Positions 38,639-49,301 of a stretch of 64,000 nt of DNA are shown here, piece by piece. The notes under the pieces were generated by a model. That model searched no databases, was not told where the DNA came from, and saw only the letters and a list, made by a program, of their open reading frames with translations. The stretch lies in assembly GCA_044222185.1 (NCBI GenBank), contig JBGANV010000001.1:416001-480000 (forward strand), read 5' to 3'. The stretch comes from Planctomycetota bacterium. GTDB lineage: Bacteria; Planctomycetota; GCA-002687715; CAIWVZ01. The number at the start of each line of letters is the position of its first letter. Within the stretch, counting starts at the first letter, position 1. A program made the position numbers and the translations under genes.

Positions 38639-40894
38639 ATGAATCGGACACGCTGGGCCTTGATCGTCGTCATGGTGGGCGCTGCGGCCGTCTTCGCCGC
38701 CCTGCTCCACCGCGACATCAGCGCGCGAAAGGCGACAGACCCCGACCCGCTCGAGTTCCTCGACGTGAGCGCGACGCCGGGGCCGCTGCCGTCGGACCGC
38801 ACGTCGAACTTCCCAAGTCGCGCTGGACGGGATCGAGGCGACATCGAACGCGAGGGTGCACGCCTGGCGGTCTTCGTGCTCGTCGTCTCCGAGGATCGCC
38901 GTGAGCTGGCAAACCGTGCCGTCGGAGTCCGCCGTCGTGGGACCACGGGGCGAGCGACGACGTTCTCGAACTACCATGGTGAGGGACGAGTCCTCCTCGA
39001 GGAGAGCGACGACGTCGCCGCCGCGGTCGCCGCAGGCGAGGCCGAGGCATTCGTGCGTGTTCCGGGTCGCCCGGACGCCGTTGCACCGGTCGACCCGGCG
39101 GTCGACGGTGCCGCGCACGCGACCGTCGTCGCACCGCTCGGCGTCACGGCGTACCTCTCGATCACCGATGCACATGGGGTGCTGATCCGCGAGCGGTCCA
39201 CGCTCGTCGCGGTGAGCGTGGGGCAGCGCCCGCCCGCGCGCTTCGACGTTGAGAACGGCGAGGCCTTCATCGGAGGGCTCGAACCAGGGCTTCCGATCCG
39301 CTTCCAGGCGATCTTCGGGGACCGTGAACCCCGGGAGGTCACCGCGATCCTCGCGGGCGAGTTCGAAAAAGAGCTTCGCGTCTCGCTCGCCGCCGTCCCG
39401 CTTCCGTCCGTGTTGTCTGGTCGAATCGAGAGTCTTGCGGGACCCGGCGATCCGCGACACATCACCCCGGACGATCGCGTCCGAATCACCATCGGATACG
39501 GCGGCGCGTCCCTCGCGGACGTGTTCGTCGGGTTCTCGACCATCGAACGCGATGGCCAGTTTCGCGTCGCGGCGCCCGACGGCGAGGACCTCTACGTCGA
39601 GGCTTCGATCGTGGGCGGGGGGCGTCCGAGCGTCACCGCTCCATCCAAAGGAGTGCGGATCCCTCTGCTCAAGCGCAACGAGGAAGTGAACCTCGGAACG
39701 ATCCACGCAGTTGCAGAACCGGTTCTCGCGGACGGATTCATCCTCACGAGCGACGGTCGCGTGGCCGACGGCGCACTCGTCTGGCTCGTTCCCTCCACCG
39801 CGTCCGAATCCGGGCCGAGCGCCCGCTACTTCGCCGCAGCGCAAGCCGACTCGGCGGGGCACTTCGAGCTCCGCGGCACCACGAGCGGACCGTTCAGCGT
39901 CGTCGCGGGATTGCTGGCGGAGACGACGCGTCTGGATCGGGAGGTCAGTGCGCCGGTCCACGGGCTCGAGCTCACGCTCGCGCCTGCAGGACGGCTTGCG
40001 GGGAGCGTGGAGAACCTCCCGGTGCCTGATTACATGTCCCGGCCGTACGTGGAGCTTCGCCCGCGGGACGGCGGTCCTGGCGCCGTCACGGAGATCAACG
40101 CCGACGGGGAGTTCCGGGCCGACGTGGCGCCCGGGTGGTACGACGTCCGCTTCGTCGTGCCCGGGCTTGCGCCGAAGGTGATTCCGGACGTCGAGGTGCG
40201 TGCGGGCGACGTGCGCTACGACCCGCGGCTGCAGAAGGTCGTCGTTGCGAGCGAGTTCCGGACCTGCCGCGTGATCGTCACGAAGAAGGACGTGACCGAC
40301 GAGTCACGCAACCGCGCATCCGGTGCGACGGTTCGGGCGATGTTCGCCGAAAGCCTGCGGCAACGGCGCGAGCCGATCGTCGTGGTGGCCGACGGGTCGG
40401 GCGAAGTGCGATTCCCCTATGAAGTCAGTGGGAGGCCGCCGGCGCTGCTCGTGGAATACGCCGAGCAGCGGCAGGTGGGCTCTCAGGCGCTCTACTTCGG
40501 ATACCGTCCCGCGCGCGTCCAGACGGAGGATGCGGTCAACGTCGCTCTGGTGCCCGGCGCGCGCATCGAGTTCAAACCGGACGTCCCCGTCACGTCGGTC
40601 TCCGGCGACCTGCACCTGGGACTGCTCCTCGTCTGGAAGGAAGCGACCGACGGAGTGCGACCCGAGCTCGCCGAGCATCGCACCATCACGCTCGCCTGGC
40701 CGCACGGAGGGATTCCGGTCGTTGGCGCGCTTCCCGATGGAATCTGGGCGATCAACTTCGTCGTCGAGAGGGAAGGGAGCGGGGCGTTCTTCAAGACCTT
40801 CGACATGGGAACGTTGACGGTCCGTCAGCCCGACACTCTGGTTGCGGTCCCACTCGGTGTGTCCCGGTTCCTCGAGTCCATTCGCGGGAAATGA
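38639..40894 (+). CDS. Membrane-anchored protein with tandem carboxypeptidase-regulatory-like (Ig/transthyretin-like) domains
   Basis: N-terminal TM; repeated 'G.V...G.P...A.V...D..G.F.L' strands such as ADSAGHFEL and NADGEFR..VAPGWYDV. Confidence 0.78.
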   Translation: MNRTRWALIVVMVGAAAVFAALLHRDISARKATDPDPLEFLDVSATPGPLPSDRTSNFPSRAGRDRGDIEREGARLAVFVLVVSEDRRELANRAVGVRRRGTTGRATTFSNYHGEGRVLLEESDDVAAAVAAGEAEAFVRVPGRPDAVAPVDPAVDGAAHATVVAPLGVTAYLSITDAHGVLIRERSTLVAVSVGQRPPARFDVENGEAFIGGLEPGLPIRFQAIFGDREPREVTAILAGEFEKELRVSLAAVPLPSVLSGRIESLAGPGDPRHITPDDRVRITIGYGGASLADVFVGFSTIERDGQFRVAAPDGEDLYVEASIVGGGRPSVTAPSKGVRIPLLKRNEEVNLGTIHAVAEPVLADGFILTSDGRVADGALVWLVPSTASESGPSARYFAAAQADSAGHFELRGTTSGPFSVVAGLLAETTRLDREVSAPVHGLELTLAPAGRLAGSVENLPVPDYMSRPYVELRPRDGGPGAVTEINADGEFRADVAPGWYDVRFVVPGLAPKVIPDVEVRAGDVRYDPRLQKVVVASEFRTCRVIVTKKDVTDESRNRASGATVRAMFAESLRQRREPIVVVADGSGEVRFPYEVSGRPPALLVEYAEQRQVGSQALYFGYRPARVQTEDAVNVALVPGARIEFKPDVPVTSVSGDLHLGLLLVWKEATDGVRPELAEHRTITLAWPHGGIPVVGALPDGIWAINFVVEREGSGAFFKTFDMGTLTVRQPDTLVAVPLGVSRFLESIRGK

Positions 40895-40902
40895 CGCCGG
40901 GG

Positions 40903-43635
40903 TCAGTGGGCTTCGAGCCAGTTACGGCCCGTGCCCATGTCGACGCGCAGCGGGACGCGGAGGTCCCATACGGTTTCCATTCCCGCCCGGACGAGTTCCT
41001 GGACATCGGGCAGTTCGGAGGTTGGAACGTCGAGCACCAGTTCGTCGTGCACCTGGAGGATCAGCCGCGCCTGCAGGTGCCTCGATCCGAGTTCCCTGTG
41101 GATGTTGATCATCGCGACCTTGATGAGGTCGGCTGCGGATCCCTGGATCGGCGTGTTCACCGCCATGTTCTCGGCCTGCGCGCGCAGCATCCCGTTCGGC
41201 GAGTTGATGTCGGTGATCGTCCGGCGTCGTCCGAGGATCGTCGTGACGAAGCCGTCTTCGCGGGCCTTCGCCTTGAGGCCGTCGAGGAAGCCCCGAACCT
41301 TGGGGAAGGCCGCGAAGTAGCGGTCGATGAACTGCCGGGCTTCATCGACGGTGAGGCCGGTCTCGCGGGCGAGTCGCTGCGGACCCATTCCGTAGAGGAT
41401 GCCGAAGTTGATCGCCTTGGCCCGGCTGCGCGTGGCGGGATCCACCGCATCCGGTGTGATGCCGAACACCCGTGCGGCGGTCTCGCGGTGGATGTCCCTG
41501 CCGGCGACGAACGCAGAGATGAGGGCATCGTCCTGGGCGAAATGCGCCAGCAGACGAAGCTCGATCTGGGAGTAGTCGGCTGACAGCAGCACCCAGTCAT
41601 CGGCGGTGGGCAGGAACGCGAGGCGGATCTTCTTCCCGGCCTCGGTGCGGATCGGGATGTTCTGCAGGTTCGGGTTGCTCGACGACAGGCGTCCGGTGGC
41701 TGCGACGGCCTGGTTGTACGAGGTGTGGATCCGCCCGTCGGATCCGACGAGGTCGGGGAGTGGCTGCACGTAGGTGCCCACGAGCTTCGTGACCGAGCGG
41801 TACTCGAGGATCTTGCGGCAGATCTCCACGTCCCCCAGTTCCTCGAGGACTTCCTGGCCGGTCGCCCATCCCGTCTTGGTCTTCTTCGGCTTGTAGCCGA
41901 TCGGCTCGTGGACCTTCAGCGTCTCGAAGAGGAACTCGCCAAGTTGCTTGGGGCTGTTCGGGTTGAACCCCGGGCCGGCGATGGCGCGGATCTCGTCGCC
42001 GAGGCGCTCGGCATTCTCGAGGAGCGTCGCGGCCATCTTCTTCAGCAGTGAGCGGTCGACGCGGACGCCGACTTCTTCCATGTCGGCGAGGACGTAGAGC
42101 AGCGGCAGTTCGACCTCGTCGTGCAGGCGGCGGAGCTGCTTCTGATCCAGTTCGGGTCCGAACAACTCGGCGAGCCGGCGCGTGTAGTCGGCGTCCTCGG
42201 CCGCGTACTCGGCCACGGCGTCGACTGGTACCAGGTCCATCGTGATCTGGTTCTTGCCCGTGCCGATGAGCTCCTCGGTCCGGATCTTCTGGTAACCGAA
42301 GTATCGCAGCGAGAGCGCGTCGAGTCCGTGCTCGCGGGCGCCCGGGTCCACCAGGTACGCCGCAAGCATCGTGTCCATGCGCAAACCGGCGACGCGGACG
42401 CCGTGCCCGCGGAGGACGAGCATGTCGTACTTGGCGTTCTGGCCGCATTTCGTCGGTCGGGACGACTCGAGGAACGGGCGGAGCCGCTCCAGGACCGCGT
42501 AGCCGCGAAACGGTGCGTCCCGTTTGTCGGGAACGACGGGCGGGTCGGCGTTCATGGGGATGTACCACGCCTCACCGGTCTTCACGCTGAACGACACGCC
42601 GACGAGCCGGGCCTGCCGGGGATCCAGCGACGTGGTTTCCGTGTCGACCGACACGAGTTCGGCGGCCTCGACCTCACGAAGGACGGCCTCGAGTTCGTCG
42701 GCCGTCTTCACTTGCACGTACCCCGCGTGCGCACGGCGTGGTGCTTCGGCGAACGCCTGCGCTAGCGAACGGAACTCGAGCTCCCGGTACAGCGGCCCCG
42801 CGACGGCGGCGTTCCCGCCGGAGAACTTCAGGTCGTCCAACGTCTGGTCGAGAGGGCAGTGGGTCTCGATCGTCACGAGGCGTTTCGTGAGGTGTGCGAG
42901 TTCGCGGTTCGATTGCAGCGCCGCCCGCACCTTCGGTGATTGCGTCGGGCCGCCTTCGAGCACGGCATCCAGGTTCCCAAAGTCCTGGATGAGCTTGATC
43001 GCGGTCTTCTCTCCGATCCCGGGAACGCCCGGCGCGTTGTCGCTGGCGTCTCCCATGAGAGCGAGGACGTCCACGACCTGCTCGGGAGCCACGCCGAACT
43101 TCTCGCGGACTCCAGCGCGGTCGATCACGATCGCGTCCTGGTCGCCCCGGGGCAGCTGGTAGACGCGGATCCGGTCGTCGACGAGCTGGAGGAAGTCCTT
43201 GTCGCCGGTCACCAGCCAGCAGTCGAGCTGCGCGTCACGGGCCTGCACGGCGAGGGTTCCCATGACGTCGTCGGCCTCGAAGCCGGGCTTTGCCAACGCG
43301 GGGACGCCCTCGGCCGCGCAAACCTGCCGGAGCAGGTCCAGCTGGGCGACGAGCTCCTCAGGCATTCTCTCGCGCGTCGCTTTGTAGTCGGCGTACAGGG
43401 CGTGTCGGAACGTCGGCTCGGCCGAATCGAACACGACGGCCGCATGGGTCGGCCGGATCCGTTCGAGCAACCGGTGGAGCTCCATGGCGAAACCGTAAGT
43501 GGCGCCCGTGGGCGTGCCATCCGCCCGGGACAGGCCCGAGCTCGTCATGGCGAAGTGCGAGCGATACGCGAGGGCAGAACCGTCGACGAGCATCAGGCCC
43601 CCGGACGGAACGGGACCGGTGGATTTGGTTGGCAT
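40903..43635 (-). CDS. polA: DNA polymerase I
   Basis: 5'-3' exonuclease (LVDGS..AYR, EADD, GDASDN), 3'-5' exonuclease (DTETT), polymerase motifs (TGRLSS, ADYSQIELR, KAINFG, QVHDELV). Confidence 0.98.
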   Translation of the reverse strand: MPTKSTGPVPSGGLMLVDGSALAYRSHFAMTSSGLSRADGTPTGATYGFAMELHRLLERIRPTHAAVVFDSAEPTFRHALYADYKATRERMPEELVAQLDLLRQVCAAEGVPALAKPGFEADDVMGTLAVQARDAQLDCWLVTGDKDFLQLVDDRIRVYQLPRGDQDAIVIDRAGVREKFGVAPEQVVDVLALMGDASDNAPGVPGIGEKTAIKLIQDFGNLDAVLEGGPTQSPKVRAALQSNRELAHLTKRLVTIETHCPLDQTLDDLKFSGGNAAVAGPLYRELEFRSLAQAFAEAPRRAHAGYVQVKTADELEAVLREVEAAELVSVDTETTSLDPRQARLVGVSFSVKTGEAWYIPMNADPPVVPDKRDAPFRGYAVLERLRPFLESSRPTKCGQNAKYDMLVLRGHGVRVAGLRMDTMLAAYLVDPGAREHGLDALSLRYFGYQKIRTEELIGTGKNQITMDLVPVDAVAEYAAEDADYTRRLAELFGPELDQKQLRRLHDEVELPLLYVLADMEEVGVRVDRSLLKKMAATLLENAERLGDEIRAIAGPGFNPNSPKQLGEFLFETLKVHEPIGYKPKKTKTGWATGQEVLEELGDVEICRKILEYRSVTKLVGTYVQPLPDLVGSDGRIHTSYNQAVAATGRLSSSNPNLQNIPIRTEAGKKIRLAFLPTADDWVLLSADYSQIELRLLAHFAQDDALISAFVAGRDIHRETAARVFGITPDAVDPATRSRAKAINFGILYGMGPQRLARETGLTVDEARQFIDRYFAAFPKVRGFLDGLKAKAREDGFVTTILGRRRTITDINSPNGMLRAQAENMAVNTPIQGSAADLIKVAMINIHRELGSRHLQARLILQVHDELVLDVPTSELPDVQELVRAGMETVWDLRVPLRVDMGTGRNWLEAH

Positions 43636-43758
43636 GGGGGGGCCTTTCACTGTGGGCAATCGCGCTTATTCCCGATCGGGGGCGGGATTATACTGCCATC
43701 GAGAGACCATCGAGGTGCCGCCCCGTGGTCTCACCCTTGCGGACAAGCCGAGGCCCAT

Positions 43759-46700
43759 TTGCCAGTACCCAAACAGTTCATCGGGGAGACGATCGCGCAT
43801 CGATTCGATGTGACGTCGATCATTCAGCGCAGCGACTTCTCGGTGGTCACGAGAGCCCTTGACCGCCTGTCTGGGGGCGCCGAGGTCGTCCTCAAGCTGG
43901 CACTCGACCGTGATCGACGGACGGGACGAGCGCGCCGACTCGTGAACGAGTACTCCACGATCGCCGACATCCGCCACCCGGGGATCCCGACGGTCATCGA
44001 CTTCGGCACGGATGCGGCGCACGACGTGACCTACCTCGCCATGGAACGCGCCCCAGGGCGAACCCTCGACACGTTCCGGCCCATGAGTGCGACCGAAGCG
44101 GTTCCACCCTTCGTCGAGGCCCTTCGAACGCTCGCCTTCATCCACGACCGAGGTCTCGTCCATTTCGACGTCAAGCCGACCAACCTCATCTGGGATTCGG
44201 CGACGAAACGTCTCTACCTCATCGACTTCGACCTGGCCGGGCCGGCCGGGCTCTCGTCGCGCGGCTCGGCGCTCTACGTGGCCCCCGAGGTGATCCACGC
44301 GGGTCACTCCGCCGACCTTCGCGCCGATCTCTATTCACTCGCGGCAGCGTTCATCGACGTGTTGGGTGGCAGCCTGTCGACGCCGGACGAGCAGCGGTCG
44401 CTGGAAGTCCCGCATGCCGGGACTTCCCTCGGCGAGGTGCTGGCCCGGTGCGTCCGTCGCGATCCCGAGGAGCGGTTCCGCGACGCTCGTGCCTGCATCA
44501 AGCGCTTGATCGAACTGGGCGCCGACGTCGCGCCGGAGCGCGAGCGCATGCGCCGCGCCCGATACTTTTCGCCGCCGTGGATTTCGCGGGCCGCCGTCAT
44601 CGATCGCACGCTGCACGACATCCCCGAGGGCAGCGCGCGATCCCCCGGTGCATCCGTCGTCGCGATCAAGGGCGTCGCGGGCGTGGGGAAGACGCGCCTC
44701 GTCGACCACCTCGTCATGAAGTGGCGCATCGCCGGGTTGACGGTCCACGTCGTGCGGCCCGGCGCCGTGCCTGTCACGGAGACGCTCCGGCCGGTGAGAG
44801 ACCTGCTGGTGCGGCTCGAAGCCGCAGGCGCGCCCGCCGGAAGTCTTGGCGAATTGCCGTCGAGTGGGCGGGACCGGCTCGGACACTTCGATCGGCTGGC
44901 GCACCGGGTCTTCGAAGCGGCCCGCAGGAAGCGCACGGTGATCGTGTTCGAGGACCTCGAACGCTTCGATCGTCCGAGTCGTGACTTCCTGGTCCACTTC
45001 TTCCGGTACCTCACCGACGAAACCGGCGCCGCGACGGAAACGCGCCAGGTGCACGCGCTGACGACGTTCCGGTCGGCGGAGCTCCAGGACGACACACTCA
45101 AGGCCTGGTTCGAGGTCGAGTCGGAGAGCGGCGGTGCGACGGTCCTGACGCTCGAGCCCTTCGCCAACCACGAAGCGACGAGGTTCGTCCAGAGCATCGT
45201 TTCCGGCAGTGGCATGCCCATGCCGCCGGACTCGCTGATCGCTCGGTGTCAGGGAGTTGCCGCCACGCTGCGCGACCTCGTGCGGAGCTGGGTCGAATCG
45301 GGCGGCGCGCCGGACCGGGAGTTCCCGGCGGCGAGCGGTGCGGACGGCAGGCTTTCGCGACTCCCGATCACTGAACGGCGTCTGTTGCAGCTCGTCGCTG
45401 CCTCACCATTCGGACTGAGATCGACCGTCGTGCGCGCGCTCGACGTACAGGACGCGGTGAAGGCGGTCGAACGCCTCCTCGACGCTGACGAGTTGACCGA
45501 GCAGGCGGGCCGGCTGCACATAGCCGATCCGGCGCTTGCCACGGCGGTGCTCCGTACTTCCACTCCGGGCGATCGCGCATCGGACCATCGCCTTCTCGCG
45601 CGGGCGTACGCGGTCGAGTCCGGGGCGCAGGACGACGCCGCGCGACACGCGTTGCTCGCCGGTGATACCGATGCGGGCCTCGCGCTCGCCTGGGACGCCG
45701 TTCCAGGAATGCAGGAGCGGGGCGAGGAAGAAGAGGTCGTCCGCCTCCTGACCGACGTCATCGCGCAGGCCAGGTTCCGCCCGTTCGCCGTTCGCTGGGC
45801 CTCGCTCGTGTTGTCCGACGTGCACCTCGCGCGCGGCCAGCTCGCGAAGGCGCGGGCCGTCGTCGCCGTGCTCGGTGGGGATCACACGACGGACCCGGCG
45901 TTGGCGCTTCGTCTGGCCCGCGTCTCATTTCGCGAGGGCGACCACGAGTCGGCGCAGCGACACCTCAACGCCGCGCTTCATCGGGCGGCACCGCTCGAAC
46001 CCGAGGACGAAGCCGATCTTCTGCTGGAACTCGCGACGATGCTGCGCGCGGTCGGTCGTGGCGCCGAAGCGCGCACGGCGCTGGATCGCGCGACCCCGCT
46101 CTTTGCATCCGTGCTGCCGCTGGATGAGTTCGCGCAGCCGCACGCGCCCATCGACGGAGTCCGAGCGCCACGATTCACCTGGCTCGAGCACCGCGGGCCG
46201 CAAATCGCCAACTACCTGTTCATTCGCGGCGACGTCGAACGTCAGAACGGCGACCTGTCTGGCGCCCTCCGCTGCCATCTCGGCGGGTTGAAAGTCGTTG
46301 CGAGGCTCCGCGACGCGGTCGGGCTCGGGCGCGTCACGCATGCCGTCGGGACCGTCTACATGGCGGCCTCGCGACCCGAACTCGCGGAACGATGGTTCAT
46401 GCGCGCGTTGCGGCTCCGCCGCGAGGCCGGTGATCTGGTCGGGCTCGCCGACACGGCGAACAACCTGGGCGTGCTCATGCGCCGCCTCAAGCGGACGGTC
46501 GAGGCGATCGAGCACTTCACCGTGAGTCTCCGGTTCCGGCGCCAGCTGGGACACGCGGCGGGGGAGGGGTACTCCTACCTGAACATCGCGAACGTCTATT
46601 ACGAGCGCCGCGAGCTCGACGCGGCGATCCGCTACTACAAGCGCGCACTCACCGTGGCGCAGCGGCTGAACGACGCGCGAGTGCAGGCCCAGGTCTTGAA

Positions 46701-49242
46701 CAACCTGGGGGCCGTCGCACACCTGCGATGCCAGCCCGAGGACGCAATCCGCAACTACCGCGAGGCCGAAGCGCTGAGCCGGATGCTTGGTGATGTGGAC
46801 GCCGCGCTCTATCAGCGACTGAACCTGGCGGACGCGCACATCCAACTGGGGCTACTCGGCGAGGCGGAGCGACTGATCGTCACGGTCGAGCGCGCGCAGC
46901 GGGTCAGGACCTCGTCCGACATGCAGGCGCGCATCGGGCTTCTGCGGGCGCGAGCCGCGTGCGGGCGCGGCGACCTGGAGGAAGCCGCGACGATCCTCGC
47001 CCGGCTCGATTCCTTCGGCGATCTCACCGAGGACCTGATCGAAGAGATCCATACGGACCTCGCGCTCTGCGAGGCCGAGCGCGGCCGTACCGCTGCCGTC
47101 ATCAACCTGACGCGAGCCGACGGGGAGCCGTCCTCACCCGAAACCCCCGCGCTTCGTTCGATCGCGCTTGGCATCGCGAGCCAGACGCTGACGGACGACG
47201 TGAAGCGCAAGGCCGTCGCCGATCTCGCCGAGGCCTCGCGGTTTGCGTCGAGGGCGCGCCTTCCAGGCCTGTCGCTCCGCGTGAACCGGGTGCTCGGGAT
47301 CGTGTATCGCGACCTCGGCGAGCGGCCCCGTGCTCTCGCGGCGTTCGTCGAGGCGTTCGAGTCTCTCGAACAGATCGTCGCGGGATTCTCCGATCCGACC
47401 CTGGCGGAGAGCTTCGTCGCATCGAGGCAGGTCCGCCTGCTGGAGGAAGAGGTGGAGGCGTTCGGGAACGAGGTCGCGCGTGCGCGGCCCGAGACACGCT
47501 CCACGGCTACGCGGCAGCTCCTCCGGCAGTTGAAGGACGCGCTCTTCGACGCCGAGCGGGCCGTCGGACCCGTCTACGGCGACGCCCGTCGCAGCGGGGA
47601 GAGCATTCGCCGAATTCTCGACGTAGCGCGCGCCCTCTCGAGCACCACGCCGCTGGACGACCTCCTGCGGCAAGTCGTCGACGGGGTCATCGACTTCTCG
47701 GGGGCCGAGCGGGGCTACATCATCCTCATCGACGAGCGTGGGAGACTTCGCATCCCGGTCGCACGGGATCGTGCACGGGAGGGAATCTCCGAGCCGGAAC
47801 ATCAGATCTCACGGCGGCTCGTGGACGAGGTGGTGAGGAGCCGACGGGGTCTGCGGATCGACAATGCGATGGCCGACGGGCGCCTCGTGCCCGCGGCGTC
47901 CGTCGCGAATCTCGAGCTCCGCTCGGTCATGTGTGCGCCGCTGATGCGGGGGGAGACGCTCTTCGGCATCCTCTATGTCGACAACCGATCGCGTGTCGCG
48001 CATTTCACGGAGTCGGATCTCGAGCTTCTGGACATCCTGGCCCTGCAGATCGCAATCGCCCTCGAGAATGCCCGACTCGTTCGCGAGTTCGTGCGAAGTG
48101 AGCGCCTGAAGGTCATCGGCAACCTCGCCGGAGGCGTTGCGCACGACTTCAACAACCTCCTGGCGGTGATCGCCGGCCGGGCCCAATACCTGCTCGAACG
48201 CCTCGATGACACGGAGGTCGCCGCTTCCGTTCGCACGATCGAGACCGCGGCACGCGACGGTGGCGTCATCGTGCGTCGGCTCCAGGACTTCGCTCGCGTT
48301 CGTCGTGAAGCCGACTTCGAGAGCCTCAGCGTGGCCGCGATCGTCGCCGACGTCGTGGAGTTCACGCGAACCAAGTGGCAGCGCGCGACCATGGCGCGCG
48401 GTCAGCGGATCGACGTCACGATCGACGTCCAGTCAGGCCTTCACGTCCGCGGGAGCGCCACCGAGCTTCGCGAGGTCTTCGTCAACATCATGCTCAACGC
48501 GATCACGGCGCTGCAGGACACGGGCGGGACGATCGCGTTCTCGGCGCGCCGGGTCGACCAACGCGTGGTGATCACCGTCGCCGACGACGGGCCCGGCATG
48601 ACGGAGGAAGTGCGCGAGAACATATTCGACCCTTATTTCACGACGCGCGGAGCGGCCGGCACCGGCCTCGGCATGAGCATCGTTTACGGAATCGTCGCCC
48701 GTCATCAGGGCTCGATCCGCGTCGAGAGCCGCGTCGGAGAGGGAACGCGACTGATCTGCGAGCTGCCGCGGGCCGAGGAGGTCGAGGTCGTCCATACGCA
48801 CTTCCGGCGTCCGAAGGCCAAGCGCGAAGGCCGGCGCATCCTCGTCGTGGATGACGAGCCGAGCGTGCGGAACGTCCTCATCGACCTCTTGCGAAGCGCG
48901 GGGTTCAACGTCTCCGGCGCAGGGAGCGGAACGGAGGCGATCGAGGCGTTCCGGAACACGCCGTTCGACGCCGTGCTCACCGACCTGGGTATGGTGCCGC
49001 TGAACGGATGGGACGTGGCACAGGCGATCAAGGCGATGGACCCGGCGGTGTCCGTGGTGCTCGTCACGGGGTGGGGCGCCGAAATCGAACTGACGGCTGC
49101 GAAGTCGTTCGGCGTCGACGTCCTGCTACGGAAGCCGTCCGACCTCCCGAACCTCGTGCCGACCGTCGACGACGCGATCGGTGTCACCGACGAGCGCCGG
49201 AGTGGCGGACGCCACGGTGCGTCCGCGCATGAGTCTGCGTGA
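43759..49242 (+). CDS. Giant hybrid signalling protein: Ser/Thr kinase - P-loop ATPase - TPR - GAF - histidine kinase - receiver
   Basis: VLK, HFDVKPTN, DFD, YVAPE; GVAGVGKT and IVFEDL; TPRs (NNLG repeats); GAF (SVMCAPL...GILYVD); AHDFNNLL, DDGPGM, GTGLGM; VDDE...TDLGM...RKP. TTG start inferred because the longer ORF would overlap polA. Confidence 0.9.
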   Translation: MPVPKQFIGETIAHRFDVTSIIQRSDFSVVTRALDRLSGGAEVVLKLALDRDRRTGRARRLVNEYSTIADIRHPGIPTVIDFGTDAAHDVTYLAMERAPGRTLDTFRPMSATEAVPPFVEALRTLAFIHDRGLVHFDVKPTNLIWDSATKRLYLIDFDLAGPAGLSSRGSALYVAPEVIHAGHSADLRADLYSLAAAFIDVLGGSLSTPDEQRSLEVPHAGTSLGEVLARCVRRDPEERFRDARACIKRLIELGADVAPERERMRRARYFSPPWISRAAVIDRTLHDIPEGSARSPGASVVAIKGVAGVGKTRLVDHLVMKWRIAGLTVHVVRPGAVPVTETLRPVRDLLVRLEAAGAPAGSLGELPSSGRDRLGHFDRLAHRVFEAARRKRTVIVFEDLERFDRPSRDFLVHFFRYLTDETGAATETRQVHALTTFRSAELQDDTLKAWFEVESESGGATVLTLEPFANHEATRFVQSIVSGSGMPMPPDSLIARCQGVAATLRDLVRSWVESGGAPDREFPAASGADGRLSRLPITERRLLQLVAASPFGLRSTVVRALDVQDAVKAVERLLDADELTEQAGRLHIADPALATAVLRTSTPGDRASDHRLLARAYAVESGAQDDAARHALLAGDTDAGLALAWDAVPGMQERGEEEEVVRLLTDVIAQARFRPFAVRWASLVLSDVHLARGQLAKARAVVAVLGGDHTTDPALALRLARVSFREGDHESAQRHLNAALHRAAPLEPEDEADLLLELATMLRAVGRGAEARTALDRATPLFASVLPLDEFAQPHAPIDGVRAPRFTWLEHRGPQIANYLFIRGDVERQNGDLSGALRCHLGGLKVVARLRDAVGLGRVTHAVGTVYMAASRPELAERWFMRALRLRREAGDLVGLADTANNLGVLMRRLKRTVEAIEHFTVSLRFRRQLGHAAGEGYSYLNIANVYYERRELDAAIRYYKRALTVAQRLNDARVQAQVLNNLGAVAHLRCQPEDAIRNYREAEALSRMLGDVDAALYQRLNLADAHIQLGLLGEAERLIVTVERAQRVRTSSDMQARIGLLRARAACGRGDLEEAATILARLDSFGDLTEDLIEEIHTDLALCEAERGRTAAVINLTRADGEPSSPETPALRSIALGIASQTLTDDVKRKAVADLAEASRFASRARLPGLSLRVNRVLGIVYRDLGERPRALAAFVEAFESLEQIVAGFSDPTLAESFVASRQVRLLEEEVEAFGNEVARARPETRSTATRQLLRQLKDALFDAERAVGPVYGDARRSGESIRRILDVARALSSTTPLDDLLRQVVDGVIDFSGAERGYIILIDERGRLRIPVARDRAREGISEPEHQISRRLVDEVVRSRRGLRIDNAMADGRLVPAASVANLELRSVMCAPLMRGETLFGILYVDNRSRVAHFTESDLELLDILALQIAIALENARLVREFVRSERLKVIGNLAGGVAHDFNNLLAVIAGRAQYLLERLDDTEVAASVRTIETAARDGGVIVRRLQDFARVRREADFESLSVAAIVADVVEFTRTKWQRATMARGQRIDVTIDVQSGLHVRGSATELREVFVNIMLNAITALQDTGGTIAFSARRVDQRVVITVADDGPGMTEEVRENIFDPYFTTRGAAGTGLGMSIVYGIVARHQGSIRVESRVGEGTRLICELPRAEEVEVVHTHFRRPKAKREGRRILVVDDEPSVRNVLIDLLRSAGFNVSGAGSGTEAIEAFRNTPFDAVLTDLGMVPLNGWDVAQAIKAMDPAVSVVLVTGWGAEIELTAAKSFGVDVLLRKPSDLPNLVPTVDDAIGVTDERRSGGRHGASAHESA

Positions 49243-49301
49243 GCCGAGACGCGAGGCAGTGCCGCCAATGCTCGGCGGCGCGAGATCCAACCGCGTCGAG
49301 G

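Noticed and set aside
42940-43758. N-terminal 273 aa of the 2100-aa ORF
   Set aside because: Mostly antisense shadow of polA; kinase similarity starts only after ~43760.
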